From Eledone cirrhosa (Eukaryota), in assembly GCA_964016885.1 (NCBI GenBank), contig OZ024740.1, positions 367,908,001-367,972,000 of the forward strand: a DNA stretch of 64,000 nucleotides, read 5' to 3'. A program made the position numbers and the translations under genes. Below the pieces are notes generated by a model. It did no database searches. It worked only from the letters and a program-made list of their open reading frames with translations, and was not told the origin of the DNA. Numbering within the stretch: the first letter of the stretch is position 1; each line of letters starts with the position of its first letter. Below, piece after piece: positions 14,282-27,460 of the stretch.

Positions 14282-14288
<7 letters not shown>
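13540..14288. repeat. Near-perfect inverted repeat (302-bp arms 13540-13841 and 13987-14288; 145-nt spacer) within a (TA)n-flanked insert
   Basis: The arms are reverse complements with only a few mismatches. The family is related to 54340-55052 (ctgttatttctagc; gaaac.t.tttgga; ttgattta.tattttaaatcgata). Confidence 0.9.
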
Positions 14289-14364
<76 letters not shown>

Positions 14365-16100
14365 TATGAAACGGAAATGCGGGTATAAAGAATTTATTAG
14401 GTAACAATTGTTTCTATAGTGTATGGGTTACCTTTACCTCGCTATTTGAATAATATAAAAATATTATCATAAACCGAAGGTACACTGTAAGAAAACACAC
14501 CATTTGTAGTGGAATGATATGAAAATATTTTATACACTAGATACAAGAGAAAGGAGGAGGTAGGAAGGGAAGGGGAAGAGGGAAGTGAGTAAGGGGGAGG
14601 GAGTCCTAGGATTTAAGACTGTCAGAGTAGTAGCGATTGTCAGGAGAGAATGCTTTGGCAGCAGTTAGCTTAATGAGGCGTGTTAGGGTTGACGGGGGAA
14701 GTAAATTCTTCTAGTGGTGTTGTTTGGACAAAATTTAGTTAAAGGGGTCAAAGTGGTACAGAGTTACAAACAAGTTATTGGCGCTATTATAGTAGCAGGT
14801 TATTTCTAAAGGGGTCCAAAAACAGTGTTTAGTACTATTATTATAGAAAGCCATATCGTGTGTATAAACATATAAAACAGAAATTTGCAAACGGTGGTGT
14901 AAAAAGGTAACATTACATGCTTTTAAAAAAAAGAAAAAGTCGTTTTCAAACGATGGTTACAGTAAATGTTCATAATATTCTGAAAATAGGAGATTAAAAT
15001 TTTCCCGAAAATCGGCATATATTTAATACAGCCAGTTATAAACTGTATGAGCGTATATGTCACTTGTTCTAGATTCATTGGATATTGTAGTTAAATACTT
15101 GGAGATAAACATATCAAACAATCGACTATAAACGTCTACTGCGATAAGCGATTAGTGGAATGAAATTTCAAACGAAATATTGTCAACAGATATATGAGAG
15201 AAACGATTTTATTACCTGGTTTTCAAATAGGTTTTGCTAAATATCCATCCGTCTACTTTGCTTATTTTAATTATAATATGTAACACTACATAAATTCAAA
15301 TTTTAAGGTAAAATCCACACATTGTAAAGGTTAATAATTTATAGGATTTTACCAAATTGAAACTCTGTGATATATGCATGTATCTTAATTATAATATAAT
15401 ATGCAAAACCTGGAATTTCCACTGGGCACACAAGGAATAATATATTCTGCTATACTGGTCTGAGAAAACATTTTACGCAGGGCACATTAACTATTCCTGC
15501 TCAGAAATGTTATTTACTTTATCACCGAATATGAAGATTCAAATATTACTAATTTAAGAAGAATTCGGGAATATTTATAATATAAATGAAATTGACAAAA
15601 CGTATTAAATTTCATTATACATTTTAAAAGAAAAAGCACACAGAAAACGTTAAGACTTCATGTGAAATATGTTTCAGCTGAGAGTAAGTCACAAATATTG
15701 CACATTAACGCAAGATAAGAACCCATAATTTAGAAAAGTACAAAAGGAAAATTCAAATGAAGCGAATCATTTGACGCGTTGCGAAAAATCTAGATAGAGA
15801 TAATATTCAAAACATATACAAGACCACAGATGCTTGCATCATGTGGAGTAAAGTGTATTTGTATATATCATGTATACATAGTTTTCTGGCTACATTTATG
15901 AGTAGATAATAAACTTATCTTTCTATAATACCTTTATATCTCAATAAATACGTACGTGCATATATGCTTCTTTATGAACATACATTCAAAAATACATATA
16001 TATGTATGTATATATATTTACACACACACACACTCACCCACACATACACACACAGACACACACGCAGACACACACACACATACACACATAGTACAAAAGG

Positions 16101-16171
<71 letters not shown>

Positions 16172-17110
16172 TATATATATATATTAGGTATATATATGTA
16201 AGTATATGTACATATATATGTGTGTGCAAGTGTATGTATGTGTGTTCATAAGTGTTCATGTGTGTATAGACAAACTTATATATCAACACATTTAAACATC
16301 ATAGATGCACTAGCAAAAATAAAAAAAAATATACAAAAACAATCTGACTTAGACACAAATTGTAAATGGTCTTTCCATGCTACACTTTTAAGTAGGAAAT
16401 ATATGAACATTATATACATAATTAATTCTCAGCGCAGTCATGCACACAACCACACATTTTAATATATACGGATAGAAATAAATATGCAAACACACTGAAA
16501 AACACACTAACTCATATATTATGTATGTAAAAATTACACAGATATAACAAAACAAACGGCACATTATTCAGACTTAGATATATGTCGACAGTCGATCGAC
16601 TTTCGTCAAATCGGACCGAGGAAACAATGTTTCCCTTAATTTTTCCAATTGTTAATACTATCTATCGGTCGCAACTCCAGGTATATATATATAATACATT
16701 GGCAGGACTAATATGGGTTTCACTGCTAGTACCGGTTGCATATCAGCGTACTCAATAGTTAAAGTTAAGTAAACTTCCAGAGTAGAAACATAGTTATTCG
16801 CTTTAATACATCACACGTAAATGTGTACCTTCAATATATACCCGAACTCGTGATTCTGCCACACTTTATGCAGCAATAGAGTGCACTGCATCAACTGCCT
16901 CCATTCTATTATGCAACAATGCACAATCAGTGCCTGTGTCTTCTTCAGATAAATAACCAAATAAATAACCAATCGATCGACAGAATTCGATTCCAGTCCC
17001 GGTCGGCTATGACCGAATGTGACGGCCTGCACAGTAAAACATTAGCAACTGAAATCCCTACGCGTCATCACAATGTCGTCAACCGATTTGCCATTGGTTC
17101 AGAATATTTA

Positions 17111-17147
<37 letters not shown>

Positions 17148-17148
<1 letters not shown>

Positions 17149-17280
17149 GTTTTAATATAGATGAGATTCTACGGGACTAGAACTGTTTCATTCTTTAGAA
17201 ATCATCAGGAAACTTTCATACTCTGCAATGTATTGAGTACCTTACTTTCTGTGGTTACCTCCGATTCAACCCGGAATAAC

Positions 17281-17281
<1 letters not shown>
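17148..17281. mobile_element. PLE-type 3' end with its 5' portion inverted (hammerhead on the minus strand)
   Basis: 17148-17212 is the reverse complement of ~59775-59838, and 17217-17280 matches ~59841-59904 directly. Confidence 0.75.
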
Positions 17282-17324
<43 letters not shown>

Positions 17325-17719
17325 TTAAGAAGAAACAGGGGCTGTGTAGTTGTGGGATAAGGTGTACTCATAAATTAGAGGAAAGCAGGAACGGAGAAAA
17401 AAACGGGAGAAACCTTTCCTTCATCGGTTTCTGCTTGGGATCATGGATATTTCAGCGCATTAAGAAAATATATCATACCCCAGTGCGTCAATAACTCAAG
17501 GAAACTATTCAGGAAAAAACGGAACAGTGAGAAAAAATAGTAACAGAAATTTAAAGGGAAGAAAAAAGAAAAAAACACCGAAAGAAAACAATATATATAT
17601 ATGCATATATATTATAAAATAAATGAATATGATAAGAGCTGGAGGAGTATTTGCTTTTACTCATTCGGTGGCCAGGAATTGCTCCAGCGTTTATCTATTA
17701 GAAGAATACATGTGAAGAA

Positions 17720-18290
17720 TATAATTCTAAATGAGATTTAATTCTTTGGAACAGCATTTTTTGTAGATCTTATTTGATATACATGTGGTATTAATTCCAC
17801 GGTATGATTTAACATCACTAATATGAACTTGTTTTCTTCTTTTGGAAGCGGAGTTGTACCGAATTTGCTTCAAAATTTTGGCTGATCCGCATGAAATGTT
17901 TTATTACACACTTTGGGTAATGCATCAAGTAAGGCTTCAGGTCTTAAGACTTCGATTGGAATGTCATCGAATCTTGCAGCTTTTACGTTTTTGTCTTTAA
18001 TTGTTCATCTTTTGTGAAATGTTCATTAACGATTGGTATTTTACCGTCAACTACTCGTGTGATGTTTTTTCTCTTATAACAGTTGGTGCACCAAGAACAT
18101 TTGGAAGTGATTTTTCCAATTTTGCAAGTGTTCTTTTGGCATCTTAGCGTTTAACTTTCATGTTGGTGTATCCATACTTTTAGCAATTTTATTGAGAGTC
18201 ATCCAAGAAAGATTTGCTGTTTGATTTTATATTGCATTTGTAAGGATTTTGTTCTTTACATATGTAGTAAGCTCTTCCGTATAGGTAGTC
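17720..18290 (-). mobile_element. Degenerate RTE-type LINE RT fragment
   Basis: Translation KAARFDDIPIEVLRPEALLDALPKVCNKTF...PLPK...YRGINTTCISNKIY. Confidence 0.65.
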
Positions 18291-18333
18291 CCAAACCACG
18301 TTTGTCCTGTTGGCTGCTTGGAAACGATCATTC

Positions 18334-18865
18334 GCCGAGGTTAACTTTGCCTTTCATCCTTACGGGATCGATAAGATAAAGTACCAGTAATACACTGGGT
18401 TATTGCTGGCCTTGTGCCAAAAGTAGAAACAATTATTTACTGGGTGGTGGATTGGCAGTATCGGTAGAGGGTCGGGCGCCATGCTTTGCACGCATAGTTA
18501 CGCCCCTATACGGACTGAGTTCAAATCCCACCGAGTTTAACTTTGCCTTTCGTTCTTACGGGGTCGATAAAATAAAGTACCAGTAATGTACTGGGAAACC
18601 GCTGGCCTTGTGCCAAAAGAAGAAACAATTATTTACTGGACATTCGGTGGTGGATTGGCAGTATCAGTAGAGGGTCGGACGGCATGCTTTGCAGCATAGA
18701 GTTACGAACCTTTATGATATGAGTTCACATCCCGCCGAGCTTAACTTTGACTTTCATCCTTACGACGTCGATAAAATAAAGTACCAGTCACGCAATGGGG
18801 TCGATTTAATCGACTTTCCCCTCCCCCAAACTTGCTGGCTTTGTGTCTATATAAGAAACCATTAT
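18334..18865 (+). mobile_element. Tandem array of three tRNA-derived SINEs (one 5'-truncated, two near full length; Meta-domain-like core)
   Basis: Box A TGGCAGTATCGG, box B GAGTTCAAATCC, core ctttcatcctt.cggggtcgataaaataaagtaccag and tail cttgtgccaaaag.agaaac are each repeated. Confidence 0.85.
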
Positions 18866-19575
18866 ATACTGGACTTTCGTTTTCTAATAAATTTTTTTCC
18901 GCTTGGTTTTAATCTAATCGCTTTACCAGTGAACACGTTGCATCTTCTATAATTTTTGTATGGATTGTTGAGCAGCTTCTTTATTGGTGTTCCTGATGTG
19001 TTTTTTATATATTTCATCAACATCTCTTTATTCTGTGTTTGCCTGCAGTGTATTGAAACGGTTTCTGACTTCAGTTCTATATATGAATGTGATAGTATAA
19101 TCAGTTAACAGGTTATTCAAATCATATTTCACTTTCATTTTGTTTCGCAGAAACAATTCAGTGATCTGACTGTACTGAAGCAAAAGTGTTATAAACAAGA
19201 CAATTTAATGGACTCTTTCTCCATTTCTTATTTATTAAAATGTAGTGCAGTTTTGCTTTCAATTTATTAGGATATGTCAAGGTACATAACGTCCCTATTT
19301 CTATATTGTACTGAAGATTCAGTTGCTTTGCTATCAAAAAAATTTATTTTTCATGACGAATAATTTTCTTTTTCTCTTATCCTCGGTGAATATATCGAAG
19401 TCGCATTCTATGCCAAGGAATATATAATTTAATTAACTCCCTCCATGGCCTTTAATTATAAGCAAGTACGTCCATTTCACAACATTCCTCAAATCGAATG
19501 GGTATATAAGTCCATCAAGTGCATGCTTTCTAATATAGATTTAATTTTATTGTGCAAAAAGCCGCTCGCTACACT

Positions 19576-19627
<52 letters not shown>

Positions 19628-19631
<4 letters not shown>

Positions 19632-19940
19632 GCTGCCAACTCGTTTTCGAGTACGGTCACTACTTTATATCCATGTAGGAGAACCCCTACCGATGGGCTG
19701 AACGAGTGTGACTATTTAGTCCATCCAGCGACTTGAAAACTCTGGTACAAACACTAAACTTGTGACAATTATTGAAACATAGTGCTAGGACCATGGTATA
19801 ATGTGAGGAAAAGTGCAGAGAGATCTCCAGATATAAAGCAATGCCTGTGCCGTGAAGCTTTTATAGTGAGCAAAGGCACTGCACAAAGCCAGTCCCACTC
19901 TCTTAACCAAGATGATATTTACCAAAAAGAAAAACAAGTA
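19628..19940 (-). mobile_element. Partial copy of the 53531-54089 element (RTE-like 5' region)
   Basis: Near-identical reverse complement of ~53780-54087 and flanked by (TA)n. Confidence 0.75.
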
Positions 19941-19982
19941 TATATATACATACATACATACATATATGTATATATATATACA

Positions 19983-20055
<73 letters not shown>

Positions 20056-20110
20056 GTGAGGTTTTTTTTACAAAATGAAAAATAACCGAGGTGTCCTACA
20101 CGAGTGAAAG

Positions 20111-20415
20111 TATAAAGAAAAAGAGATGAAATCGAAAATGCAACTGGAGTCTTATTTTTTTAAAAAATATATATATTTATTTGGTTCCTTTACCAGTTTC
20201 GCAGTTCTTCTGCTTTTCAAAAGGTGAGTTGAGTTGGAGGGTCTGTTGTTTTTCTCACGTTGTGGTTTTTCTCTGTGAGAAAAACCACAGACCCTCCATC
20301 TCAACTCACCTTTTGAAAAGCAGAAGAACTGCGAAACCGGTAAAGGAACCAAATAAATATATATACTTTTTTTAAAAATAAGACTCCAGTTGCATTTTCG
20401 ATTTCATCTCTTTTT

Positions 20416-20421
<6 letters not shown>
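20111..20421. repeat. Near-perfect ~310-bp palindrome (15-nt loop) with a hammerhead in each arm
   Basis: Arms 20111-20259 and 20275-20421 are reverse complements; the mirrored ORFs [10 protein letters not shown]... confirm this. Confidence 0.92.
20309..20346 (+). ncRNA. Minimal type I hammerhead, U3-A8 core variant (mirror copy 20187-20224 on the minus strand)
   Basis: cctt TTGAAAA GCAG aagaa CTGC GAAA CCGG TA aagg, followed by AATAAA. Confidence 0.75.
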
Positions 20422-20491
<70 letters not shown>

Positions 20492-21075
20492 GTATTTATT
20501 TATTTATATACGTTTATTTAATTATTTATTTATTTGTATACACACAAACATATTCATATGTGCGTGGTTATCTATACCTATGGTAAGTGTTTTCGCGTAT
20601 GCTTGTGTATGTACGTATTTGTATGCGTGTATGTATTTATTTAATTTCTATTACTTCTGTATTGTATTTATTTACTTTATTCTTAACTCTGAAGCGAAGA
20701 TTCATTCGGTCTCCTAGTTAGAATTTTTGTCTACGACTTCTGCTATACCATTTATGTGGTTTTGTCTGTGCTTGCAATTGTTCTCCACGGTCCACATATG
20801 ACGTATTATCTTCGTTTTTTTTCGTTCATTGCCAGAGAACGTCTCTATGAACCACCTAAGAGAACATTAGTCTACGACCTCTTTTATACAATAAGTGCGG
20901 TTCTGTTTTTGCGCGTAATTGTTTTACACCGCTCCTATTAATGACGTATTAAATTCATTTTTTCCCGTTCTTTGGCAGGGAACGTTTCGACGAACCAAAG
21001 TATCGTCTTCCAGTCTTACTCCGGTTGCAACGTTTTTTGAAATATCGACTTCTGCGATTACAGATTGACTTTGTT

Positions 21076-21126
21076 AGTTTCAGAAGATCCCGTTAAGGGT
21101 GAAAGCAGCGATTCTTTGCTTAAACT
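21076..21126 (+). ncRNA. Type I hammerhead-like motif with a CAGAAGA (A4) core
   Basis: agttt CAGAAGA tCCC gttaa GGGt GAAA GCAG..7 nt..TTGC TT aaact. A second copy lies at 60047-60097 (-). Confidence 0.6.
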
Positions 21127-21137
21127 TTAATCTGTTA

Positions 21138-21254
<117 letters not shown>

Positions 21255-21381
21255 ACATACGTATATATATTCAAGTATATATATGTATATAGGGATGCGA
21301 ACACAGGTACAAACACACACATCTATATATATATATGAATATATGTATATATATCTCTATGTATATATGTATATATATGTG

Positions 21382-21471
<90 letters not shown>

Positions 21472-21501
21472 ATCAAAAGATGGTTAAAGGCGTTCCATGT
21501 A

Positions 21502-21568
21502 TTTTATTATGCGCATTTCAAAAACAAACATCATCATGCAATAGTATTTGTGTTTTCATCAGATAAAA
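21502..21568 (-). ncRNA. Type I hammerhead at the 3' end of the PLE
   Basis: ttttat CTGATGA [aaacacaaat...gtttgttttt] GAAA TGCGCA TA ataaaa; stem III is palindromic. Confidence 0.75.
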
Positions 21569-22816
21569 CAGGAGGACATGATATGAAGGCTAAAAAACAC
21601 TTGTGGATAGTGCAGTTTTAAATCAACATATGAAAAGTAGTTTTAGATTGATGTGTGATATTGGGAAAAATATTTTATTTAGAGAGGGTGGGGTGGAAAG
21701 GATGAAAAAAGATGAGGAGATGAGAGTGAAGGTGGAGAGGGAGAGATGGGTGATAGAGAGAAAGAGATAGTTTTTATAACTGAGAGAAGATATATTGTTT
21801 TACATAGAGAGGTTGAAAACCGTTGGAAGATAATGTATAAATTAAAAGAATTTGAAAATTAACGAAGGGAAAAATATGTACGAGGAAAAAATATTTTATT
21901 TAGAGAGGGGGGGTGGAAAGCATGAAAAAAGGGGAGGAGATGAGAGTGAAGGTGGAGAGGGAGAGATGGGTGATAGAGAGAAAGAGATAGTTTTTATAAC
22001 TGAGAAAAGATATATTGTTTTACATAGAGAGGTTGAAAACCGTTGGAAGATAATGTATAAATTAAATGAATTTGAAAATTAACTAAGGGAAAAATATGTA
22101 CGAGGAAAGAGAGGGAGTCGATATGTATTGAGATTAAAAAGTTTGAAGATAGAGAGAAAAAATAATAATTGTGGATGAATATTCTAACGTCAAAAAAAGT
22201 TGTATGTTTATAAGTATTATGGCAATTTCAAAATTAACGAAGAGAAAAAAATATTAAGGTTTGTGTATTGAAGGATTTGAGAAAAATAATGTGAAGTTAA
22301 AGTTTGTATATTGAAGGAATTGATAATATGTGCGAAGAAAGATTTAATATGTATTAAAAAATTATTAAGGTTTGTGTATTGAAGGATTTGAGAAAAATAA
22401 TGTGAAGTTAAGGTTTGTATATTGAAGGAATTGATAATATGTGCGAAGAAAGAGTTAATATGTATTAAGAAAGAGTTAGATGATGTGGAGAAAAAAAATA
22501 ATAAATTAAGGATGAATATTCTAGCGTCAAAAGAATGTGTACGAAGAAGGAGAGGGAGTTAATGTATTGAGATTAAAAAGTTTGATGATGGAGAGAAAGA
22601 ATAATAATAATTGCGGATGAATATTCTAACGTCAAAAAAACATGTATATGTTATGAAGGATTTTACAAGGTGAAGATAGAATGAGAGTAATGAGTAAACA
22701 AGTATTATAGAGTGTATAATACCATTTGAAGTAAGGTAGGAAGATGGGTATATTTTAAAGAGGTGTATGTATATGTGCCTTTGAGAAAAGATTCTAAATT
22801 GATAAAGAATTGAATA

Positions 22817-24408
22817 TTAGCTGTATACTTTGTGAAAAGTCCTATGGAATTTATGCAAGCAGATAGAAAACAAATCTGTACGTCTATTTATTATAAAATC
22901 TAGATTAGAGATAATGGTAAATTTTTCATTTAGGCAGAGATTACAGATTTTAGATAGAGAGCTGTTCAAGTATGAGGACGCAGAAGAAACCTTCTTCCAA
23001 AAAGATGGTATATTTAATGTTTTTGTCTTTCAAGGACGATATGAGTTCTGAGAGAACCGTGTTGGTTATTTTAAGTTTGTATTTAAAAGATGAATGATGA
23101 TTATAGAGACGAGCTTTAAAAGAGGTAGAAGTGGAGCCAAAATAGGTGAGGGAATTGGTGCTAGTTATAACTTTACATTCATAAATTAAGTTTTTATCAA
23201 GACAATGGTTGTTGAGAGGACATTTATTTTTAATGCGGCAGTTGCAATTAGAGAGATTATTAATGAGTGACCTAGTGTTATCTATAGAAGGAATTGGATT
23301 GGAGAAGTTGTTTGCGATAGGAATAATAGGAATAATAGTTTCTTGATTTAGAGTTGGATTATGAACATTTAGCGAAGTTGTGTTTGACGTTGTATTTGGG
23401 TTTACAGAAGTTAGCCTAGGGTTTACAATGACGTCGGGAGTACTATTACTGTTATTATGAAATTCAATGTTGGAAGGAAGAGATTTAGTATTTAGTATTT
23501 TATTGTTGTGTTTAGAGATAATGTTGGAAATATTGGAGGATGTAGAATAAGAAAATTTGATGGTGTGTTTGTTAAATATTTGACTATAGATATGTGAGTG
23601 AGGGAAGCATTTATTTGAGGCACTAAAAAATAATTTAGGAATATTGTTATTAATAGAGATGGAGAAAGGAGCATTATACCAGATTATGTTTTTGTATCTA
23701 GGTCTTTTATTAAAGTTATTGGAATGATCATGATTAATTATTCTACTGTAAGTTTTTCTAGAATTTGTTTCTTTACTATATTTGATTTTATCAGGATAAC
23801 CGGCTTTAGAAAGTGCGTTATTATAGTAATTGGCGTTAGCATCAAAGATGTTTTTATTAGAAGATATGTTAGATATTCTTTTTCCAATATTACTAACTAT
23901 AGCATTCTTGATATTGGTAGGATGGTTAGATTTAAAGTTAACATAATTTAGGTTCTCATTGTTTTTATGGTAAGGGTAATATAGGCCAGTGTCAAGATTA
24001 AGAGATACATCCAAGAAATTAGCTAGTTTGATACTATTATCAAATTCAATGTTTAGGTTATGTTGGTTAAAGAGATTACGTATATTGTTCTTAATAATAT
24101 TAAGATTAACTATATTGCAATTTAAGATAGTAAAGAGTCCATCGTCACGATAAATTCCACCGCGAAGTTGAGGAATTTTCCGACTCAAAGAGTTCAAAAT
24201 AAAGATACCAATTAAATCAGTCAATTGGGATGAATCGGATGCTCCCATTGTGATGTCGAAGTTGTTAGAGGTATCGGCTCTGGTCCAATATTCGTTGTTG
24301 AACTCTAGGATGGTTTTACGTGCGGTGAGGATAATGTGAAGTTCATCTGTGGTGATGTCAAAATATTTAAGTGCGAAAGATAGAGCATTATTGAGAAGTG
24401 AAGGCGAA
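22817..24408 (-). pseudogene. PLE RT-GIY-YIG coding remnant, frameshifted near 23000
   Basis: The frame is open upstream of the annotated Met (ISPSLLNNAL...NFDITMG). After a frameshift it continues FWKKVSS...ICNLCLNEK...ICLHK. Confidence 0.85.
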
Positions 24409-24503
24409 ATATATTATGTATACTCCAGTCCTACAAACTGTAGAGTGCTTCTTATCCGATATCTGCATTGCTTTATTGTACTACAATAAAACTCACCTCC
24501 TAC

Positions 24504-24540
<37 letters not shown>

Positions 24541-24767
24541 TTGGTAAACGGAATAGAAAATGCTGACAAATTGTTCACAGTTGAAAAATGGTTTAATTAG
24601 GAATAAAAGAGTATTAGTGATTGTATGGGTTAGTATTCAGTTGTGGTTTTAAATTTTTAAGTTTTTACCGGTTGCGCATTTCTAAATGCTTTTCAAAAAT
24701 AATTTTGAGATAGAGCGTCCGTGCGGTTTGCTCTGATCTGATTAGTTTTGGGAATTCTACCTGTTTT

Positions 24768-24990
24768 TATGTTAAAAAAGTGGCTCCAGCGTTATTTTTG
24801 TGTTGCAAAAATTCTTGTGGTCAAAACAATTTTGATTGGTCGGTAGAGGTCATGTGAATGTAAAAAGTTGATTTTGCGCCAAGACTGTTTTTATGTTAAA
24901 AAAGTGGGTCCAGCAAAAATTCTTGGTCAAAGCAATTTTGATTGGTCGGTAGAGGTCATGTGAATAAAAAATTGGTTTTGCGCCAAGATT
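24768..24990. repeat. Tandem duplication (~115 bp)
   Basis: ttttatgttaaaaaagtgg...ttttgattggtcggtagaggtcatgtgaat occurs twice. Confidence 0.8.
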
Positions 24991-25055
24991 GAGAAATGAC
25001 TCTTTCACAACAAATATGTGTGTGTGTGTGTGTATGTGGGTGTGTGTGTGTGTGT

Positions 25056-25101
<46 letters not shown>

Positions 25102-25369
25102 TAGTAGTAAGGTGTTCGATGCTGCGACAATGGCCAGCAGCGATGTGTGTCAAATGGCTATTAAGATAAGTGTGTGTGTGTGTATAGCAGAGTGATTCGT
25201 GGTGGCAGGGATGGTCAGTAAGAATGTGTCTGAAAGCAATGCGGGGTATTTTAGCATGTCAAAAGATATTTTTCAGCTTTTGTCTTATACGGAGAAGTGC
25301 GCGTGTGTGTGTGTGTGTATATAGATAAGTCTCTTTGTATGCTGATGTACGCGTGTGTATGTGTTTGTG

Positions 25370-25409
<40 letters not shown>

Positions 25410-25561
25410 GGGGGGGGGGGTGGACCAGTATTGTTTCCCCCTGGTAAAATGGTGTACATAATTTTTTCAGTAAAATCGGTTCTCTTAATAGAACATCAAA
25501 AATCTTAACGATAAAAGGTGTGAAATGATATTCACTATATATATATACACATACATATATT

Positions 25562-25600
<39 letters not shown>

Positions 25601-25742
25601 TACATACATATATATGCACATATATTTCCTTGTATTGCACCATAGAGCATGTGTGTTTACGTGTGTCATTGTGTTTATATGTGGGTAGAGATGTGTGCTG
25701 ATGTAGGTATGTATGTTGACGTGTGTATGTTGTGGGTTCGTC

Positions 25743-26110
25743 TTAGGGAGAAGTGTTTAGACGGGGTCCGTATTTGTTAATGAAGTAAGATTCCTTGCTG
25801 ATGCGCTGGGTGTGGGTGGCATTATCTTTAAATTTGTAGAGGGGAAAGATTCTGAAGTTGGGATGATTTTGGGCGGCACAGGTATCAATGTGTTCACTCA
25901 GTGGTATTTTCCTGTATTCCCGTATTTTAATTTGGGATCTATGGACAGTCATGCGTTGGCGGAGGCTGTTTTTGGTCTGGCCTATGTATTGTTCTCGACA
26001 ACCTGAACAAGTTAATACATATATTAGATTTTCCGATGCACATGTGAAATTGTGTTTTACTATAAAACGTTGTCTATCTTTGAAATAGAATTCCGAACCC
26101 TCTATTAGGT
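25743..26110 (-). mobile_element. PLE GIY-YIG endonuclease fragment (Neptune-like)
   Basis: Translation FTCASENLIYVLTCSGCREQYIGQT...RMTVHRSQI...SEHIDTC...ESYFINKYGPRLN. Confidence 0.85.
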
Positions 26111-27244
26111 TGATAGATAGATATATATGTATATATATAATATGTGTTCTGTCAGTGTTCACATACACATATTTTTTTTTGTTTTAAGTATGAATTTTGG
26201 TAAATATTTGTGTAACATTTATTTTCATATGGACATCTATCTCCTATTTCTCTATGTATAGCCACATAGAAAACGACATTCATATGCACACGGGTGTTTA
26301 CGTACGTATGTGTCCCTTACTGTCCGTGTGTGTAATCGTGCATATGTGTGTGGTGAAATGTCCAGTTACGCAAAAGTATTCTCCCTCTGGAGACATAAAT
26401 CATTATTCTATATCGTATATTAAGTTCATATCAACCATTAGCCTCTATTTATTTTCATATTTGCATGATGTATTTATAATACATTTAACTTTCGTAGACT
26501 ATTGTAATATTCATTTATATTAGTGCTAAAACGAAATATGAGTCTTTAAACTAATGCTTCTGGTGAACTAAGATATATTCTTCTACTTTGAGTGTGATAG
26601 TTGCTTAGTTTATTAATGATCTGCTGAAATTAGAAATGTGAAGTAATGTCTGAAGAGTTTAGGTCCCGGTCTCTCGAAGCAAATATGTAAATAACAGAAC
26701 ATATTTTACGAATATTTCTCAAATATAGTCATGTTTGAATGAACAGCAATTTGATTTTGTGTTCTGAAACTTTGATGATTGAACTTTTTATTTATTTCTG
26801 GATGTTTAAAAACACCTATCTCTCTCTCTCTCTCTCTCGAGACATCATTTTTTGCTTCAAGTATTTTCTCTATGGGCTTCAGCAAATGAGTTGTCCATTG
26901 CAGCCATATGTCCATTCCTACCATCTGTTACCTCAGTTTCAGTTCAACGATCTACTACTTCAACTTCTACATAACCTATAACAACATTGTGTTCAGAGGT
27001 GTCTCGTTCAATAGGTTAAATTATGTCTTCCTGTCCAGTGCCTGCATCATATACATCAACCGCATTTTCTCGGACGATTGAGTCATTTTTTATTGTCTCT
27101 AATTATACGGGTGTAAACCGGTTGTTACGCATGGTGATTCTGCGTACGTTAGCTAGATTGTTTGCATCAGTATAATTATGGGTGTCAAACATTATCATAT
27201 CTCTCCAGATGTTAAAACACACTTGTCAGAAACTTTGATTTTGG

Positions 27245-27460
27245 GCAGTGGATTGGCAGTATCGGTCGAGCGCCCGACATGCTTTGTGGTATCTCGTTAC
27301 GGCCCTGTACGTTCTGAGTTCAAATCCCACCAAGCTTAGCTCTGCCATTCATCATTACGAGCTCGATCATAAAGTACCAGTCACGCACTGGAGGTCGATT
27401 TAATTGACTTTCCCCTGCCCCAAAATTGCTGGACTTATGCCTAAATCAAAAATAATTATA
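27245..27460 (+). mobile_element. tRNA-derived SINE (same family as 18334-18865)
   Basis: Box A, box B and core motifs are present. Confidence 0.8.

Larger units (their letters stand above)
21470..24408 (-). mobile_element. 5'-truncated Penelope-like element: RT C-terminal half, Cys linker, GIY-YIG, long 3' UTR with tandem duplications and a hammerhead
   Basis: ORF 22950-24248 contains GGIYRDDGL, NFLDVSLNL, CNCRIKNKCPLNNHC and LIYEC...YFGST. It is the same clade as 39947-42948. Confidence 0.9.

Noticed and set aside
14400-15380. Possible very old PLE RT remnants
   Set aside because: Only a vague 'KYLEINI..DKR' similarity; too decayed to support a call.
18443-18535. tRNA-like box A/box B sequences
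   Set aside because: They are SINE heads with no cloverleaf, not tRNA genes.
21660-22640. Repeated units with spacers (CRISPR-like?)
   Set aside because: They are 110-220-bp tandem duplications in a PLE 3' UTR in a eukaryotic context, with no short repeat/unique spacer periodicity.
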